Source: Girardia tigrina (Eukaryota). Taken from it: a stretch of 64,000 bases of DNA. The notes beneath the pieces were generated by a model. That model was given only the letters and a program-made list of their open reading frames with translations. It made no database searches and had not been told where the DNA came from. How positions within the stretch are numbered: position 1 is the stretch's first letter; the number at the start of each line of letters is the position of its first letter. Positions 38,523 to 54,194 of the stretch are shown here, piece by piece. The stretch spans positions 6,643-70,642 of the forward strand of contig MQRK01218062.1 of the NCBI GenBank assembly GCA_001938485.1, in the 5' to 3' direction. The position numbers and the translations under genes were made by a program.

Positions 38523-39799
38523 TTACCACACAAAACTGTTAAAAGTTGTACTTAAAACGAAAACGTAAATACGTTCTTGGATGATTGTTTTTTCTCTACC
38601 AAAACGAAATATTTTATAAAAGAAGAATTACGATTATATATTTTATTGAGGAAAGTGTATATTTTGTTTTAAAAAAAATCGTTTTTAATTTTAGAATAAT
38701 TATATTTAATTTTTTCTTATTAAAATTGTAATAAAATTTTCTTTTCAAATGGAAATGAGTCTGGTTTTCCATATGTAATTAAAAAGTGCAAATTATTATT
38801 CAGATTTGCTTCAATCCGTATTTCAGTCCTGTTCCCAAAAGTCTCTCTTCGCCCTCGCCAGAGATTTCGTCCTCAAATGGGACCATTAATTTGTTTGACT
38901 TTACCAAGCCGAATTGATTTATTTTTGATGATTTATTTTAAACATGTTTCCTATGTTTATTCATTTATCGTTCTCTTTACATTTATTAAAAATCGCAAAA
39001 TTATTATTTATAAATAAAAATATTATTAATAATAATATTTATAAATTAAGATTTGATAAAAAATTATTTATTTAATATATTCAATGTTGTGTTTATCATA
39101 TCCAAACAAAAAAGCGTGGTGGTTGACCTGAAACGATACCAATTCATATATCGATGGCTCTGTTATTATTTTTGGCAGAATTGCCAAATTTTGTGTATAT
39201 ATAAATTTATATTATTTTTATTTATTATTTTTCTTTTAGTGTTTTTATTTCAGTCAAAAAAATTGGACATTGACAAATTAAATAGACAAATTTAATTAAA
39301 AAGAACATATATATATATATATATATATATGTAATAATGAATATAATATCAATGAAATAAGAAATATAATATATAAATAATATATAAATTAATAAGGTAC
39401 ATAAAGAAAAACGATAAATCTTTCAAATAATCAAAAACGCTATTTGGAACTAAAAATATTAATTAATCTTAAAATTTTCATTTTTTTCTAGTTTTATTAC
39501 AGTGGATTTTCCATCATCTCGAGGCAAAATTTTCAACAATTATACCACCTTATAAATATAAATATACAATCAACGTGTGTAATAGCTAATGAAATACTTT
39601 CAACAAAGGTGAAGAGAGACTTGTCTAAACATTAATTGATGGATAAAGTAATTTGATCAATAATGCCTCCCTGGAGACCCTCTCCCAATAATTTTGAAAA
39701 TTACTGCACAGTAACTGAACTTTTGCATACGAAGGAGACAATAGATAAATTAATAAATAAAAATTCAAGGAATAGATGAATTAAAACCTGAAAGCATCT

Positions 39800-40290
39800 T
39801 ATGGAGATTCAAATATTGGAAACAATTTTTTTGTTCCCTATTCAGCAGATTTGAAAAAAATTAACTCATGTATTTAAAAATCAATTGATCAAAAGACCTT
39901 AAATTTAAAAATCATATCGAAATCTCACAAAATTCAAAGTATGTTTAGATTTAAATCTCCAACTCCTTTTAATTTATGCTCCAATCTTGTTTACCAATTT
40001 TCTAGTAATGCGTGCAATGCCAGATACATTGGAGAGACTTGTCGTTATCTCTGTATGCGGAGCCGAAGCACAGACGATTGGATAATGCCAGTTTTAAGGT
40101 CAAATGTGATGATGCTGTGCAGTAATTTTAAAAATTATTGGGAGATCATCTCTTGTGAGGGATTATTTAACAAATCACTTTATCCTTCAATTAATGTGCA
40201 AACAAGCCTCTTTTCCACTTTGTTGAACGTATATAATTAACTATTACACAGGTCGATTACATAACAACTATTTATATTTTTATATAAAGT
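39800..40290 (+). mobile_element. PLE GIY-YIG remnant
   Basis: FVPYS...; ORF 39941-40240 NLVYQFSSNACNARYIGETCRYL...NYWEIISCEGL...PSINVQ. Confidence 0.85.
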
Positions 40291-41517
40291 AGTACAATCG
40301 ATGAATATTATTTTTTTATTAATTAATAATTAAAGCTTTTATATTACATTATTTATTGAAAAGTTTTTAATAAGTAAGTATTCCATGAAAAAATAACCAT
40401 ATTAAAATAAGCCACAAAAACTAGATCACAGATCAGCAATAAAAGCTTCATAAAAAAGCACTTTAAGTAGAAATATGACATTCACAAACTGTGAATCGCA
40501 TCCCTGTGCTAACATAATAATATATTTGGTAAATAAATAAATTATCAATGATAACAAAAACACATATATATTATTCATTAAAGTAGAAGGACAAAAAGTA
40601 TTACAAACAAACATAAATGAAAAAAATATCAACGTGTTTATGAGTACTTTCATTTAGAAATTGAAAACTGGAAGTACTCTCATGTACATATTATATACAA
40701 ACAGTATACTAAAATCTTTCCCCTCAAAGTATTTTCTGCAAAACATAACACATTATATCAATCATATCTTTACAAAATGTTCATTTGCAGGAAGCGTTTT
40801 CTTGTTGTTCTTCTTTCGTTGAATCTTTTTGTTGAGAGTACTTTTGCGACTCCTTGATCAATTTTCAAACGCTAATGCTGCCCATCAAGTTTTCTTTCCA
40901 ATCATAATCATTTCGTCCACAGTTTGGTCTCATTCATTTCTCCTACGCTCATTCAAAGGTATGGAAAAGAACCTCTTCTCCGTCTTCCGCTTCACAATCA
41001 CAAATTCTAGCCCTAAAGTTGTTAGTTTATAAATAGTTTATAATCCAAATCAATTAAGATTAAATGGGGTCAAAAACTTTTTATTTTCATTTTTAAATAA
41101 ACTCTTACAAAAATTTTTAAAATCAAATCAAAATAAAATTTTTTATAATCAAAATTGATACATTTCTTTTACTTTTTAAATAATAAAATTTTATTAAATA
41201 AAATTAACTTTTCTTTTATCTTATTTTTTAAATAATTTTAATTCTAAAAATTTTTTTAAAAAATATATTAAATTCTCAAACATTCAGTTGGACCTGTATT
41301 GCTGAACACTTTCAATACTCAAATAATAAAACTTAACTGTTAATCGTCCTATAACTAATGTTTTAGGATCATACCCTTGAAAGTAAGTAACTTGGTCTTC
41401 TTCCAATAAAAATGCAAAGTTCTAGCATGAAAATTAATTAATTCGAATCAAATTTAATAAATAAATCTTTATTATGATTTCTTACTTTTATCAAAAATAA
41501 CGATTATTTACTTTCAG

Positions 41518-41626
41518 TTGAATCGCTACAAGTGTCGTCCTTTTCAACCTCAAAATTAACAAATTTTTCTCTCTTTCAAATCGTGAATCTCGACAACCAA
41601 CCGACTTTATTGGTCGTATCAAACAA
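41518..41626 (+). CDS. Sema5: Sema5-like exon (start of Sema domain)
   Basis: tttcag|...ESLQVSSFSTSKLTNFSLFQIVNLDNQPTLLVVSN|gtatgt; phase 1 to 2. Confidence 0.7.
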
Positions 41627-44600
41627 GTATGTTTCGCATTGATTGTAATAAATAAGTCGATATAAACGATTTAATGCCGATATGTAATCATAAAATATGA
41701 TTCAAACTTCCAACCTATTTTCATAAATTGATTAGAGTTTTATTAAGTTGTGTTAACAGTTTCAAGACGACTTTTTCTACAAAACATCTGAAAGTGGAAT
41801 AGTAAGTTATTGAACAGAGGAGCAATCTGCTGATAACATATGCGACTAGAGGTATGTAGTGTGACGGCAGCATGATCATAGCGTGATCGAAATAGTAACA
41901 GACAAAATATGCTAAATAAATCCCCTGGTAAACGTATTTGAAAAGTTCACTCTTGCGTTGAAATCTATTAGATTAAAAATTCCCTGTAGGCGTGAAACAG
42001 TCAATAGATAATAATCTTGCCTCTTTCAAAGGACATTATTTTTAATGTTAAAAAAATAAATAAAATGAATAATAAAACATAAAAAAACAAACAAAAATTT
42101 ATGGAAACGATACATTTTCTTTTAAATAAAATCGTAATTATTATCATTATTATTATGAAATATCATTTTTGTCTGTCTAACAAAATCGAGAGAAGAAATA
42201 AGTTATTTCGAAAATTTACAAAAAATATAAATAAAATTTGAAAAAAAATAATAAAAATCTCAATGAAATTTGGTCTGGATCAAAAAACAAACTTTGATGA
42301 TCCACAAATATTACCGTTACAAAATGTATGAGAAAGTAAATAATGTGTATTTTTGCTTAAATGTCGGTTTATTTTCTGCCGAGATTAACGGATTCAGTCC
42401 GAATAAATGTCAATTGGCAGAGTGTGCTGGACAATTAATAAGGAAGATGGCGATTTTATTAACGGGAAAAATAGGGAAAAGAAAAACAAATCTGTATAAA
42501 TCTGGAAAAATAATTTGAAAAGAAATCTGAAAATCATTTTTTCCTTGTTTTTCCATTTAAAAATTTATTAAAAAAATAATAAAATAAAATTTATAAATTA
42601 GGTACTGACATTAATTTTTCATTAATTAATTTATTAAAATCAATCTAATTTCTTAAAATTGAAATGAAAATGATGAAATTTTTAGTTTAATTAATCTTTT
42701 GAAAGTTTGAAAATTCAATTTACTTTTTTAATTGACAAAATATCGATTTATTTTAGAAAATTACATTTATTATTATGAACTAGAAAAAGATCCGTCATAT
42801 ATGACGAAAGAGCTGAATGTTCTTCTTTGAAAGTTTCTGTTTTAATTTTAAAATCGTAATACTATTTAGAATCAATTTAAATATTTTCTTCTGATTTTAA
42901 AGAAAAATATTAATCAACAGAGAACAATGCACGATTCTGAAATGTATTTGAAATGTTTTTATACATAAAAATAACTTAAACAAGCGCAATGATTAGGATT
43001 GGCATAATTTTTAACCTCAAAGAAATCCATCTCAAGAGCAGAATAAAGATCACTGAATAAAGATCTGCGCAACATTCCTCTATGGATGCGAGAGTTGGAC
43101 AATAAATCAGAAGAGCATGAATAGACTTAAAGCTTTTGAAATGAAATGCTACAGGAGAATGCTGAAGATCACATGGAATAAAAAAGACAAACGACTTTAT
43201 CTAGAGGAGAGTGATAGAAATACTAGGTAAAAACCAGAATCAATAGAAGAGACCATCAAGAGAAGGAAGCTGGAATTCTACGGACATCAGATAAGAAAAC
43301 AAGCACTAGCAAAGGTTATGATTGAAGAAAGAATGAAAGGAGAGAGAACAAAAGGAAGACCAAAGAGACAATGGACAAACGATTTAAAAGAATGAAGTGG
43401 ATCGAACATGAAATATCTTAGAAAAGAGCTTCAAGTAGAGAGATGTGGCGACGGCTTGTGCGTAATTGGGTGCCCCACGGCCCAACGGATAAGGTCCAAA
43501 AGAAAGAAAGAAAGAATAAAAATTCAATTTAAGTTCTTTAAAATTTTCATCCAATATTATTTAAAAATTTTTCAAAATTCTATCAAATATTTCAATTTAT
43601 TTATTAATTTTGGCTTTACTTTTAAAATTATTTTATTTGCTTTTTAGTTTTTGAAATTTTAATTTTTAAAATCAATTAAAAGTTTATTTCAATTTAATAA
43701 TATAATAATATAAAATAATAATAATATATGATTTTTCAAACTACTTTCCAATAAATATTCTAATTTAAATTTAAAAATAATTATAAAAAAAACATTCATG
43801 AATATTAACATATTTGTTTTAGAATTTTAATATATATAATGCTTTTTAAAAAGAGAATGAGTATGAACATTAAGAGAAAGAACATTAAAATTTCTCTGGA
43901 AGACCGAGACAAAATTACTCATAAAATTTAGGGATTATGAGGTAAATTATAGTGCTGAAAAACTAATGTTCTGAGATGAAGTTGATTTTGAAAAGTCTGC
44001 ACAACCAAAAATGGAAGTTCTCTCGTAGGTACTTCTGCATATGCAGATGTTCCTGCAGTAAGAACTAAAACATTTCTGTTCTCGAGTCCACGAATAAAAG
44101 TCAATTGCTTTTTATACGAAATTCATGGCAAGGCATTAAAAATTGATGATTTTGAAGCTGTACTTGAACTGAAAAATGTTTGTCAACAAACGGACATTGT
44201 AAATCCTGTGTTTTTGTTATGGATAATGCGAGAATACTTGATTATTCTGGATTAAAAGATATAGTAAAAAAACTTAATTTGGCAATTGGATTCCTCGCCC
44301 CATATTCAATAATAGAGAATAGAATAATAGAATTAATAGAGAAATAATAACCTAAAAGAGAATTGTTTCTTAAAATGGAAAAAAATGCTGTGCCAATTTG
44401 AGTTAGAAACGAAGAAGAATTTAAAATGTTTATTGAAGAAGGCTTCGCAGTAATAAATGTATCTGATTGTGATGGGTATTTTAGGAAGATGCTTTGATGT
44501 CATGAAAATTGAAAAGGCAGAAACAATTGTCGACTATTTTTTTGTATTAAAAAGAAAATACTTAGCAGCAGAAAGTTCGTGAGGGACCCAAACTGAGTAA

Positions 44601-47600
44601 AATTTTTTGTAATGAAGTTTTTCACGCAAAATTTTGTGGACTGTATTTTTGCCTAAAGAAAGTCCATTTTCAATATAACGCTCCAAAAATTTGGAGCTTC
44701 ATCAATCACTTCTTTGACTGCTTTAATCTTTTCATCGTCTATTAATGACGGCCTGCCACTTCTTGATGAATCGTCGAAGGACGTCCGCTTTTCTTTTTCA
44801 AAATCAGTCAACCATTGTTGAATAGGTTTCAGTGCTGGGTGATTTGCGTCTTCCCATGTCTGCTGAAGTTGCTGAAGAATTTTTGAAGCAGAGAATCCTC
44901 TTTCACTTTGAGTTAGAACAAAAAAACGTTGGAAACATTTATTTGGTTCCATTGTTAAAAACCGTTTGATTTGAATTCGCTGCACTTTTAAAATTTCAAT
45001 ACTTCAATAAAAGAAAATTTTACTTTTTTTCTAATTTTATGCTTTGAAATTTTAACACAGTATTTATGACAGTCTGAATAATATTCAGTCCAAATGTGGT
45101 TAAATTTGGTAAAATATTAGTGTGTTTTTAAAGGCCACCTGAGGACTTTTGGGGCAGCCTAAGTATTTGCATTTTAATAATATAATTTTAATTAATATAA
45201 TTTTAAAAATTGTTTTAAAATCTGTCATTATAGATTATTTTTGACTTTCATCCAACAGTTTTTATTCATATACAATTCTCTTCACTTCATACATAAAACA
45301 AAGTGGATTTTTGAGAACTAAAACAATAAAAACAATAAAAAACAATTTTAACGCTACACTAATTTCACTTTAGAATTCTTGAAGTCATTATCTTTTGTGA
45401 ACCTGTTCATACATTGATAAATTATTGAGTGACGTTTAGAAAATATACCACACAATGGTCGTCCGTCATTGCTAGGGTTCAATGGATTCTATCACTTACT
45501 TGATGTTCTTCCATCCCAATCTCTCGACCATTGAAGTCATTTCAGTAAAAAAAGTTAAAATGTAGAGAAAAAGAAAGTAAAAGATTTAATGTTACGTTTT
45601 CATTTATTAAATATTTATTAGTAGTAAAAAAATTTTATTCTTTTAATTTTTACTATTGAAATTTTTATTTAGCAATACTATTGCAGAATTAGACTGTGAT
45701 ACAATGAAGCTGATTAGAAATTACACATATGAGATGTGCCCTCCTGGGAAAGTAAGAATATAAATAATTTTATATTTACGTACTGTGTTCGGTTAGTACC
45801 TTGACTACCTAATGTATGGAAAGGATCAGCCAATTTCTACATGACGAAATATAATGCTTAGAAGCTTATGTTTCCCCAATATATATTAAAAAAGCCTATT
45901 TAAAAATTGTTTTATTTGATTTACTTATGTTGAACTTAATGCTGCTATGTACTCTAACTTTTTCCTCCATGTCTTCATTAGCCCACTTGATAGAAAGGAA
46001 TTTCGAACAGTCTTCAAAGAAAAGGATCAAGATAACCCCTGTGACATTCTGACCACGTAAGGGAATAATGTGTACTAAACTTATATTTGGTTGAAAGTTG
46101 TCAAATATTTCCTTAATTAAAATTAAGTCAAGCATATTTGTAGGCTTCAATGTTTGACTTCTTCAACGAAATATGTTGATCATTTAAGAACCAAAGGAGA
46201 GAAGTTTGGTTTTTGATTCTTGAATATTTACGCCGCAATGGCGATATAGATCCTGATATTTACGTTTTGTTTCATCCACTGAAGAAGCACATCCATTGAG
46301 GAGCATATTTCGTAATAGAGATGACTGGTGACAATTAACGCAGAGTACTTTTTGAATACATTATGTATAATAATAAAAAAACTATTTATTTAATAAAAAT
46401 ATTTACAGGAACATGTTTGTGAAGAAAAGATAATAATTAATCATTTGTCAGAGATTAGTATTTTGGATCACAAAATGTTTTGGCTATGTTATGTCATATA
46501 TAAAAATATCTTAACTAGTCCCGCACATACCAATTGCTTAGTTCCAAAGGTAAACATTTTTCTCATTGGAAATATAAAATTCGTCAAATGGTTTCTTTTA
46601 GAACAATATTTTAACGGAAAGCCTAAAATGGCAGAAAAGTGGATTTACCTCCAACAATCCAAACTTCAAGACCTTGAGTGTGAAAACTAGTAGCCACATT
46701 TTCATAGGATCTTTCGTTGATAACTCACTTCGAATTCTAAGGACAAAACTTCCAGATATTTCCGGTCAGATAGACGTTTCAAGTGATTTGGAAACTCCGA
46801 TTGCCGAGTTTTATTTTGAAAGTAAATCCTTAATCATAATCAATAAACTGTTTGTAAATAGTCTTGCTTTATTTTATATTGTTTTTTATTATTGTACAAT
46901 ATCTTCAAAGCAATTTGTGATCAGATCAATCAGTATTTTGTAAAAAGGTGAATATTCAGATTCTATTGGATTCAGTTTGAAAATCGAATTGATTAATTTT
47001 TTGAAAAAAAAATTTTTTTTGAGATTTTTTTTGTTTGAATATTAAAATTTTGTCACAACTGAATATTTCAATGACAAATTGAATTGTGCTCTTATATCTA
47101 GAAAATGACTATAAGGAACTTAAGGCAATAAAGTGTAGAGACTATAATATATAAGAAAATTTGATAATCCTAAACAGATATATCATAAAATATTTTCATT
47201 CACAGAAAAATTATTTTAAAACTTATATTGAAATATTTTAAAAACATTAAGTTTGTTATGGTTTCGTATCCAATCTCACTAGAGGTTGAAAGTGTACTAA
47301 AAGAATACGAAAGAAGACAAACACTTGTTTTAACAGCCGAAGACACATTATGACTACAAGGGAGGAAGGAGGTTGTGAATAGGAAAAAAGGAGGATTTTT
47401 ATCAGTTGAGATTGGAGATATTTAGGAGTGCTAAATCACATGCTAGTGTAAAATTGGAATAAACATAAACTATGATCGAAAAATGAGTTTGTATTTAAAT
47501 TAATTTTTCTGTAATGGAAAATGTTATTTTTGTATCATTTTATTTATTTATTATACAAATATAATAAAGTACAAGTGATTGATATTGTTTAATAAAAGTT

Positions 47601-50600
47601 ATTAAATTAAAATTTATTAAAATAATCTTATTTTATGTTTTTTTTAATAATGAAAAATAGAGGTTTTACTAAAATTTTAGAGATGTTATTTCTAAATAAA
47701 CTATCGGTTATCTGTTTGAATGGTCATTGTCGTAACTTCATAACAGGAGATACCATTTAAAGTACTTTGAATTAATTGATGTTTAACTTGATATCGAGTC
47801 ACCCGTAGGAGGGTATCGGATTGCAGTTGATCGGGGCCCTGTTTACCGACCAGCCGCGTATGCTCAGACTTTTCAGACAAAAATAAATAAAATATCTTAA
47901 TCATATTTTTTCATTTGATCTTGGGATCGAGTTTGAATGATATAATTTAGTTATTTTAATCATCAGTCATTTACTCCAGTGGTTTTAATTATATAAAATT
48001 ATTTATATATATATAATATTATGTAATATTTATAATATAATATATAATATAATATAATAAGAATATAATATATAATATAATATTTATAAATATAATATTT
48101 AACTTTATTATATCCATAAACGTTTTGAGTTTTTCATAGTTTAATAATAATGTCAAAATAAATCGTATGTAATAATTTATTTGTTATTTAAAATTCTTTA
48201 TGATAAATTATTTACAAATTTCGTTTTCGAAAAAGATTGTTTATTTAAAAATATATTTACTAATTATATATTTTGACGTATTTACCGTTATCAGATATCT
48301 CATTAGAAGTTTGTGACTGCTTATATCATAAAAATAAACTTGATCTTTTCTTTTATTTTATATCATGTCTTACAAGTTTTCCTAAGCTCAAGAATACGAC
48401 TTTTACCGTTTTTTGTACTTTGATACAGAATTAACGAGAAATACCTTCATATTACAACCCAAACATTGTTTTTTTAAAGGTTTCAATAACTTAGAAAACG
48501 GGCAAATACCTTAAGTATTCTTCCTAATCATTAGACTGCTTTCAAAAAGGAGAGTGATCATAATCCTTGTTTTATTTATAAAAAATCTATCAAGCTTAAC
48601 AATTTCAAACATAATTATTTTTAATATTGAAGTAATTTAAAACATTTTTCTCGACATTATATATCAAAAATTCAAAAAAAGCAAGTTATAATGCAAAATA
48701 TTTACTGAAAATTTAATATAAAACAACATTAAAAGTTGAGTAAATAAAAATATCACTTAAAAAAAGAAAGTTTCATTAAAATTGAAATAAAATTTGTTTC
48801 AACGTGTTTCTTACAGCAAACATTTGATACGTTTAATGAGTTTAAAAAATAAACAATTGATTAAATAAACAATTTTATGAAGAAATTGAAACTATAATAA
48901 ATTATAATTATAATCGAAATAATATACATTTTTTAAAAAAAATCATAAAAATTTTATAAATTTAAACCATTCAAAATAAATATTTTTATTATAAAAATAG
49001 AAAAAAAATAGAAATCAATTTATTTTCAGAATATTTTTGTAACTATTAAAGAAAACAGTTTCTTGTTAATTAAATTTAATTTCAGAAATTAATTTTAAAT
49101 TTAATTAATTTTTAATTTAATTTTAAATTAATTTCTAAAATTTAATATTTGAAGCGCATAAAATATAAAAATCCTTTCATTAAAATAATAAGAAAAGAAA
49201 CAACTGATATATCTTTGATTCGAAAACCTTCATCCCAAGGTACGGATCCTCAAACATCCAAGGTCGTGAAGACTCGAACAAGGGTATGGATCTCCAATTG
49301 AATTTTTGTAGTTTTAAATACATATGAAATTCTAATATTCCATTTTTCATATTTTTCTCGATTATTAAACTATTACAATAAAATAAAAAATAAAATAAAA
49401 TAGACTACTTATAAAAAACGATTTATTTTTTAAAATATTTATATTATTATTTTTCATTAAATTAAATTCAAATATTTTTTTATTTAGAAATTATTAAAAA
49501 GTTCAAAAAATATATCTTTTTTATGTACTAAGTTTACGTAAAAGATGTGAAAGATTTATAAAATTAAAAGTAAATTTAAAATTAGTTTGTTTAAATGGTG
49601 AAATGTTATATTATAAATTACAGTTTAGATAGTAAAATATTGCGCAGTTATGGCAGTATTGTGCAATTTGTAATTTATTTATATGTACAAGAACATTGAC
49701 ACTGAAAAATGGTTGTCTTCTTTTCCTTCTTTTTTTATACCGATTTTATATTATGATTTTGAGAGGATTCTGAATTTATACCTTTACACGTATATAAATT
49801 CCCAATAATGATAAAAAATATAATATAATCCTGTTAAGTTATTAACAAAATCGATTTAATAAAATGACAAAAATAATATTAAATGTCACATTTAAATGAA
49901 ATAAATCATAAATATTTTTTAGATAGTAATATTATTTTCATAAATAAATCACATTTGAAATTAATATTAATTTACTTTGAAAATTATTTTTTTCTATATC
50001 CACCAAAAATAATTAATAATATTTCTGCATTAATTAATAATATTTATTTATTTTATTTTTATTTATTTTTCATAAATAAAAAAGAGATTTTTATAAAAAT
50101 TTTTCATATATTAAAATTAAATTAAATTATATATAAATATAAGTAAATGAAAAATGATGTGAAGCGGCGGAAAGTAAAACTCGGCATCAATTAGTGGAAA
50201 ATATATTTTCTATTTATCTTTCAAACAAGCAACATGTGTTGTTAATATATCAATCAATAATGCGATTTTTATATTATATTATATTTTTCGTACACTTTTA
50301 AATATGAAAATTAAGAAAAAAAATAAAAAATTTCAGTTTTATTATTATTAGCATTTACAAAAAAATTTTTTATAAATATGTTTTGAAAAAATATTTAAAA
50401 ATTTTACATTTGGAAAGAATTCAAATTATTATTGAAATTAAATAAATTATGCAAAATAAAAACTGCACAAAATAAATTCAAATTCATTATCTGTATTTGA
50501 AATACTTATCAATTAAATAAATAAAATAAATAAATATAAAAAATATATTTTAATAAAATATAAATGAAATAAAAAGTAAAATGCATACTGATTTCATTTA

Positions 50601-53600
50601 TATTAATTATAATATTTAATGTTTATGTGAGGTATGTTTTAATTGTAAAAAAATAATATTTTCAGAAAATGCTGAATTTCTGGAAGCTTTTCAAACAAAT
50701 AATGAAGTTTATTTTGTTGTTTCCGAACCGGTTTCTGCTAAGAGTCATAGTATTACTGAGTGTCTAATGTCTACCGATAGCAGAACAATTTATGTTACGA
50801 GGATTATAAGAATTTGCAAGAAAGACGAAGGAGGAGTTGTTGGACATAACGAAATTAATTTCGGAACAGCTGCCAAAGCAAATTTAATTTGTCCAATCGG
50901 TGTCGGAAAAGATCAATTTTTATATGCCCGGGCATTAAGTGCAACGTGGGCCAATTCCAAATTATATATTCTTTTCAAAAACCAGAAGTAATACATATAT
51001 AATTAATTTATTTAAAAAGTTCATTATCAAGTAATTGAACTGCATGAAAGTAAAAAAAACAACATTAATGCACAAAATTAACAAAAAATAATAACATATT
51101 ATTTAATTTAATAATTAATTAAATGTAAAAAGTATATTTAAATAATTTCAAAAAATTATAAATTTTAAAACTTTATTATTTATTTAAATATATAATTTTA
51201 AAAATTCATAGTTTAAAAATTTTTATCTTTTTTTAATAATTATTAGTTAAAATATTAGTTATTATTATTATTAGTTTTTTATATCAATAAAAAATAATAG
51301 TTTAACATTATTTGTTTGAATAATTTAAATTCTTCTGACAGAAAAAAAATAATAAATAAATTACTAAAACATTTCAGAAATTTATGCAAATGTGTAAAGC
51401 TTTCCTCATTTAATCAGAAAAAAATATTTATTCATTTTTTTAATTTCATTTATTTTTAATAATTATTAATTAACCTTTTATCGAAAAATAAAACTCAAAT
51501 ATTTAAACCTATATTAAAATCGATAAAAAATATAAATTAATTTTTTTTACAATTTAAAAATAATTTATCTTTTTTATGGATTTTTTTATCGAGGTTTAAA
51601 TTGTTTTTTAATAAAATATATTTTGGTATATTTTTGAGAATTAAAAAAAAACATTTGACTCAATAAATACCACGATCAATTTAAACAACATCGACTGATA
51701 GAAAGTTAAATGCCAAACAATGAAAAGTAAATTTCACATGTCACATTAAATAAAAGACTTAAAAATCGATATTTTATCTTATATTTTATTGTTATAATTT
51801 TTATTTTTATTAGAAATTCTCCTGAAGGAAAAGTGTTGTGTTACTATGATAATTTTGCATTTATTAAAGCGTTCAATGGACCGATGAGACCACCATGGAT
51901 TTTTCCAAATTCTCAAAAGAATGACCAAACAATTAAGAATCCTTTACTGGATGTGGTAATTTGTTTTCATCTTGTTCAAAACTGCACGTAAAGTTATAAT
52001 TTTACTAGTGCAAAAAGCTTGAGAAAGGGTCCTTGACCGATGATCAACGCACAGTAGCGGCATCACTTTCAGTGAATGGCCTGTACAGAGATCTAAATAT
52101 TATTCCAGTGACAGAAAACCCGTTAATAAACATAGGTTCACGAAGAGTCTCCATGATAAAAGCTTTTGAGACTGGAATTGATGATTCGTCAACGATATTA
52201 ATTTTAACAGACAACAGATTCTTAGAAATATATAGTCATAATGAATATCATGAAGTTTGCGGAGTAGGTTCCTTCGAATTACGAGAGGATGAAATAGTTC
52301 ACCAAATAACGGGGTCAAACATCGATTCAGTAAGTGTCATTGAATTTCGTTTAAATATTCATTTTTTTGTTTAAATATATACATAGTTGTCGGGATCGGG
52401 AAAAAATAAATTACGAAAAAGAATTCAAAGCTTTGAGTAAAAATTTTGACACAAATTTCGAGCGGATGATCACTAAGCAATTAAACCCATGCTTAAATAT
52501 ACAAAGTGATTTATCTAAACATGTTAAAGTATTTTAAAAAATATGGAAAGTATTTATGGTGTAACAGTCAGAAAACCATTTAAATGACTTGTAATTTTGT
52601 TTAAATATTCATTTTAAATGATGATACCTGTAAAGGCGAAACTTGTTTTACGAAGTAAAATTATTGATAAATGGTATTGTTGTTTTATCTAAGTTGACAT
52701 TAAGCCTTATTAAAAACGATATAATATTAGGTTGGTCGAAAAATAATGGCGGTTTTGGGACACAAACTTCAAAGACGTGCAAATTCACAGAAACAAAAGT
52801 TTATTAATCAAAACATGAACCGTTGGCATCAATACATTTTTGCCAACGAGAAACAAGTTGTTTTATTCCATCAGCATAAAATGCATCGGTTCTCGAAGCG
52901 ACGAATTCTTGGAAGGCATTTTGAGCATCATTNNNNNNNNNNNNNNNNNNNNNNNNNNNNNNNNNNNNNNNNNNNNNNNNNNNNNNNNNNNNNNNNNNNN
53001 NNNNNNNNNNNNNNNNNNNNNNNNNNNNNNNNNNNNNNNNNNNNNNNNNNNNNNNNNNNNNNNNNNNNNNNNNNNNNNNNNNNNNNNNNNNNNNNNNNNN
53101 NNNNNNNNNNNNNNNNNNNNNNNNNNNNNNNNNNNNNNNNNNNNNNNNNNNNNNNNNNNNNNNNNNNNNNNNNNNNNNNNNNNNNNNNNNNNNNNNNNNN
53201 NNNNNNNNNNNNNNNNNNNNNNNNNNNNNNNNNNNNNNNNNNNNNNNNNNNNNNNNNNNNNNNNNNNNNNNNNNNNNNNNNNNNNNNNNNNNNNNNNNNN
53301 NNNNNNNNNNNNNNNNNNNNNNNNNNNNNNNNNNNNNNNNNNNNNNNNNNNNNNNNNNNNNNNNNNNNNNNNNNNNNNNNNNNNNNNNNNNNNNNNNNNN
53401 NNNNNNNNNNNNNNNNNNNNNNNNNNNNNNNNNNNNNNNNNNNNNNNNNNNNNNNNNNNNNNNNNNNNNNNNNNNNNNNNNNNNNNNNNNNNNNNNNNNN
53501 NNNNNNNNNNNNNNNNNNNNNNNNNNNNNNNNNNNNNNNNNACAGCAATATGTTAATAATGGCTATAGGAATATACAACTAGGCATAAGATTTCAAATAA

Positions 53601-54162
53601 TATCTAACACTAATGCATTTAAACTTATATACATATCAAAGTAGATAAACAAAGTATAAAACTAAAAAATCGCCATTATTTTTCGACCAACCTAATATAA
53701 TATAATATAATATAATATAATATAATATAATATAATATAATATAATATAATATAATATAATATATAATGTATAAAATATTTAATATTAATTTTTCTAGAA
53801 TATCCTAATATTCGTATCCACAAATGAAAGAATGATAAAGCTCAAAGTAAACTGCGGAAATTTTAACACTAAAGCATCATGCTTGAAAGATTCTCCTAAC
53901 ATATGTGGATGGGATAAAAGAACCTTGACTTGTACATCTTTAAACGACAGAGTTGATGTTACGAATTGGGAACGAAGTTTGTGTAGAAATCAGTTGCACA
54001 ATTCTATATGGAGTGCTTCGCAAATTTGTTTCATAAATGATTCTCAAATCTCGTTAAAATGCGTCTGCAATTATTGCACAAATGAATCTCAATGCAAAAA
54101 CAAACAGAAAATTAAAATAACAAATTGTTCTGGTAAGTAAAATTAATAAATAAACTTATCGA

Positions 54163-54194
<32 letters not shown>

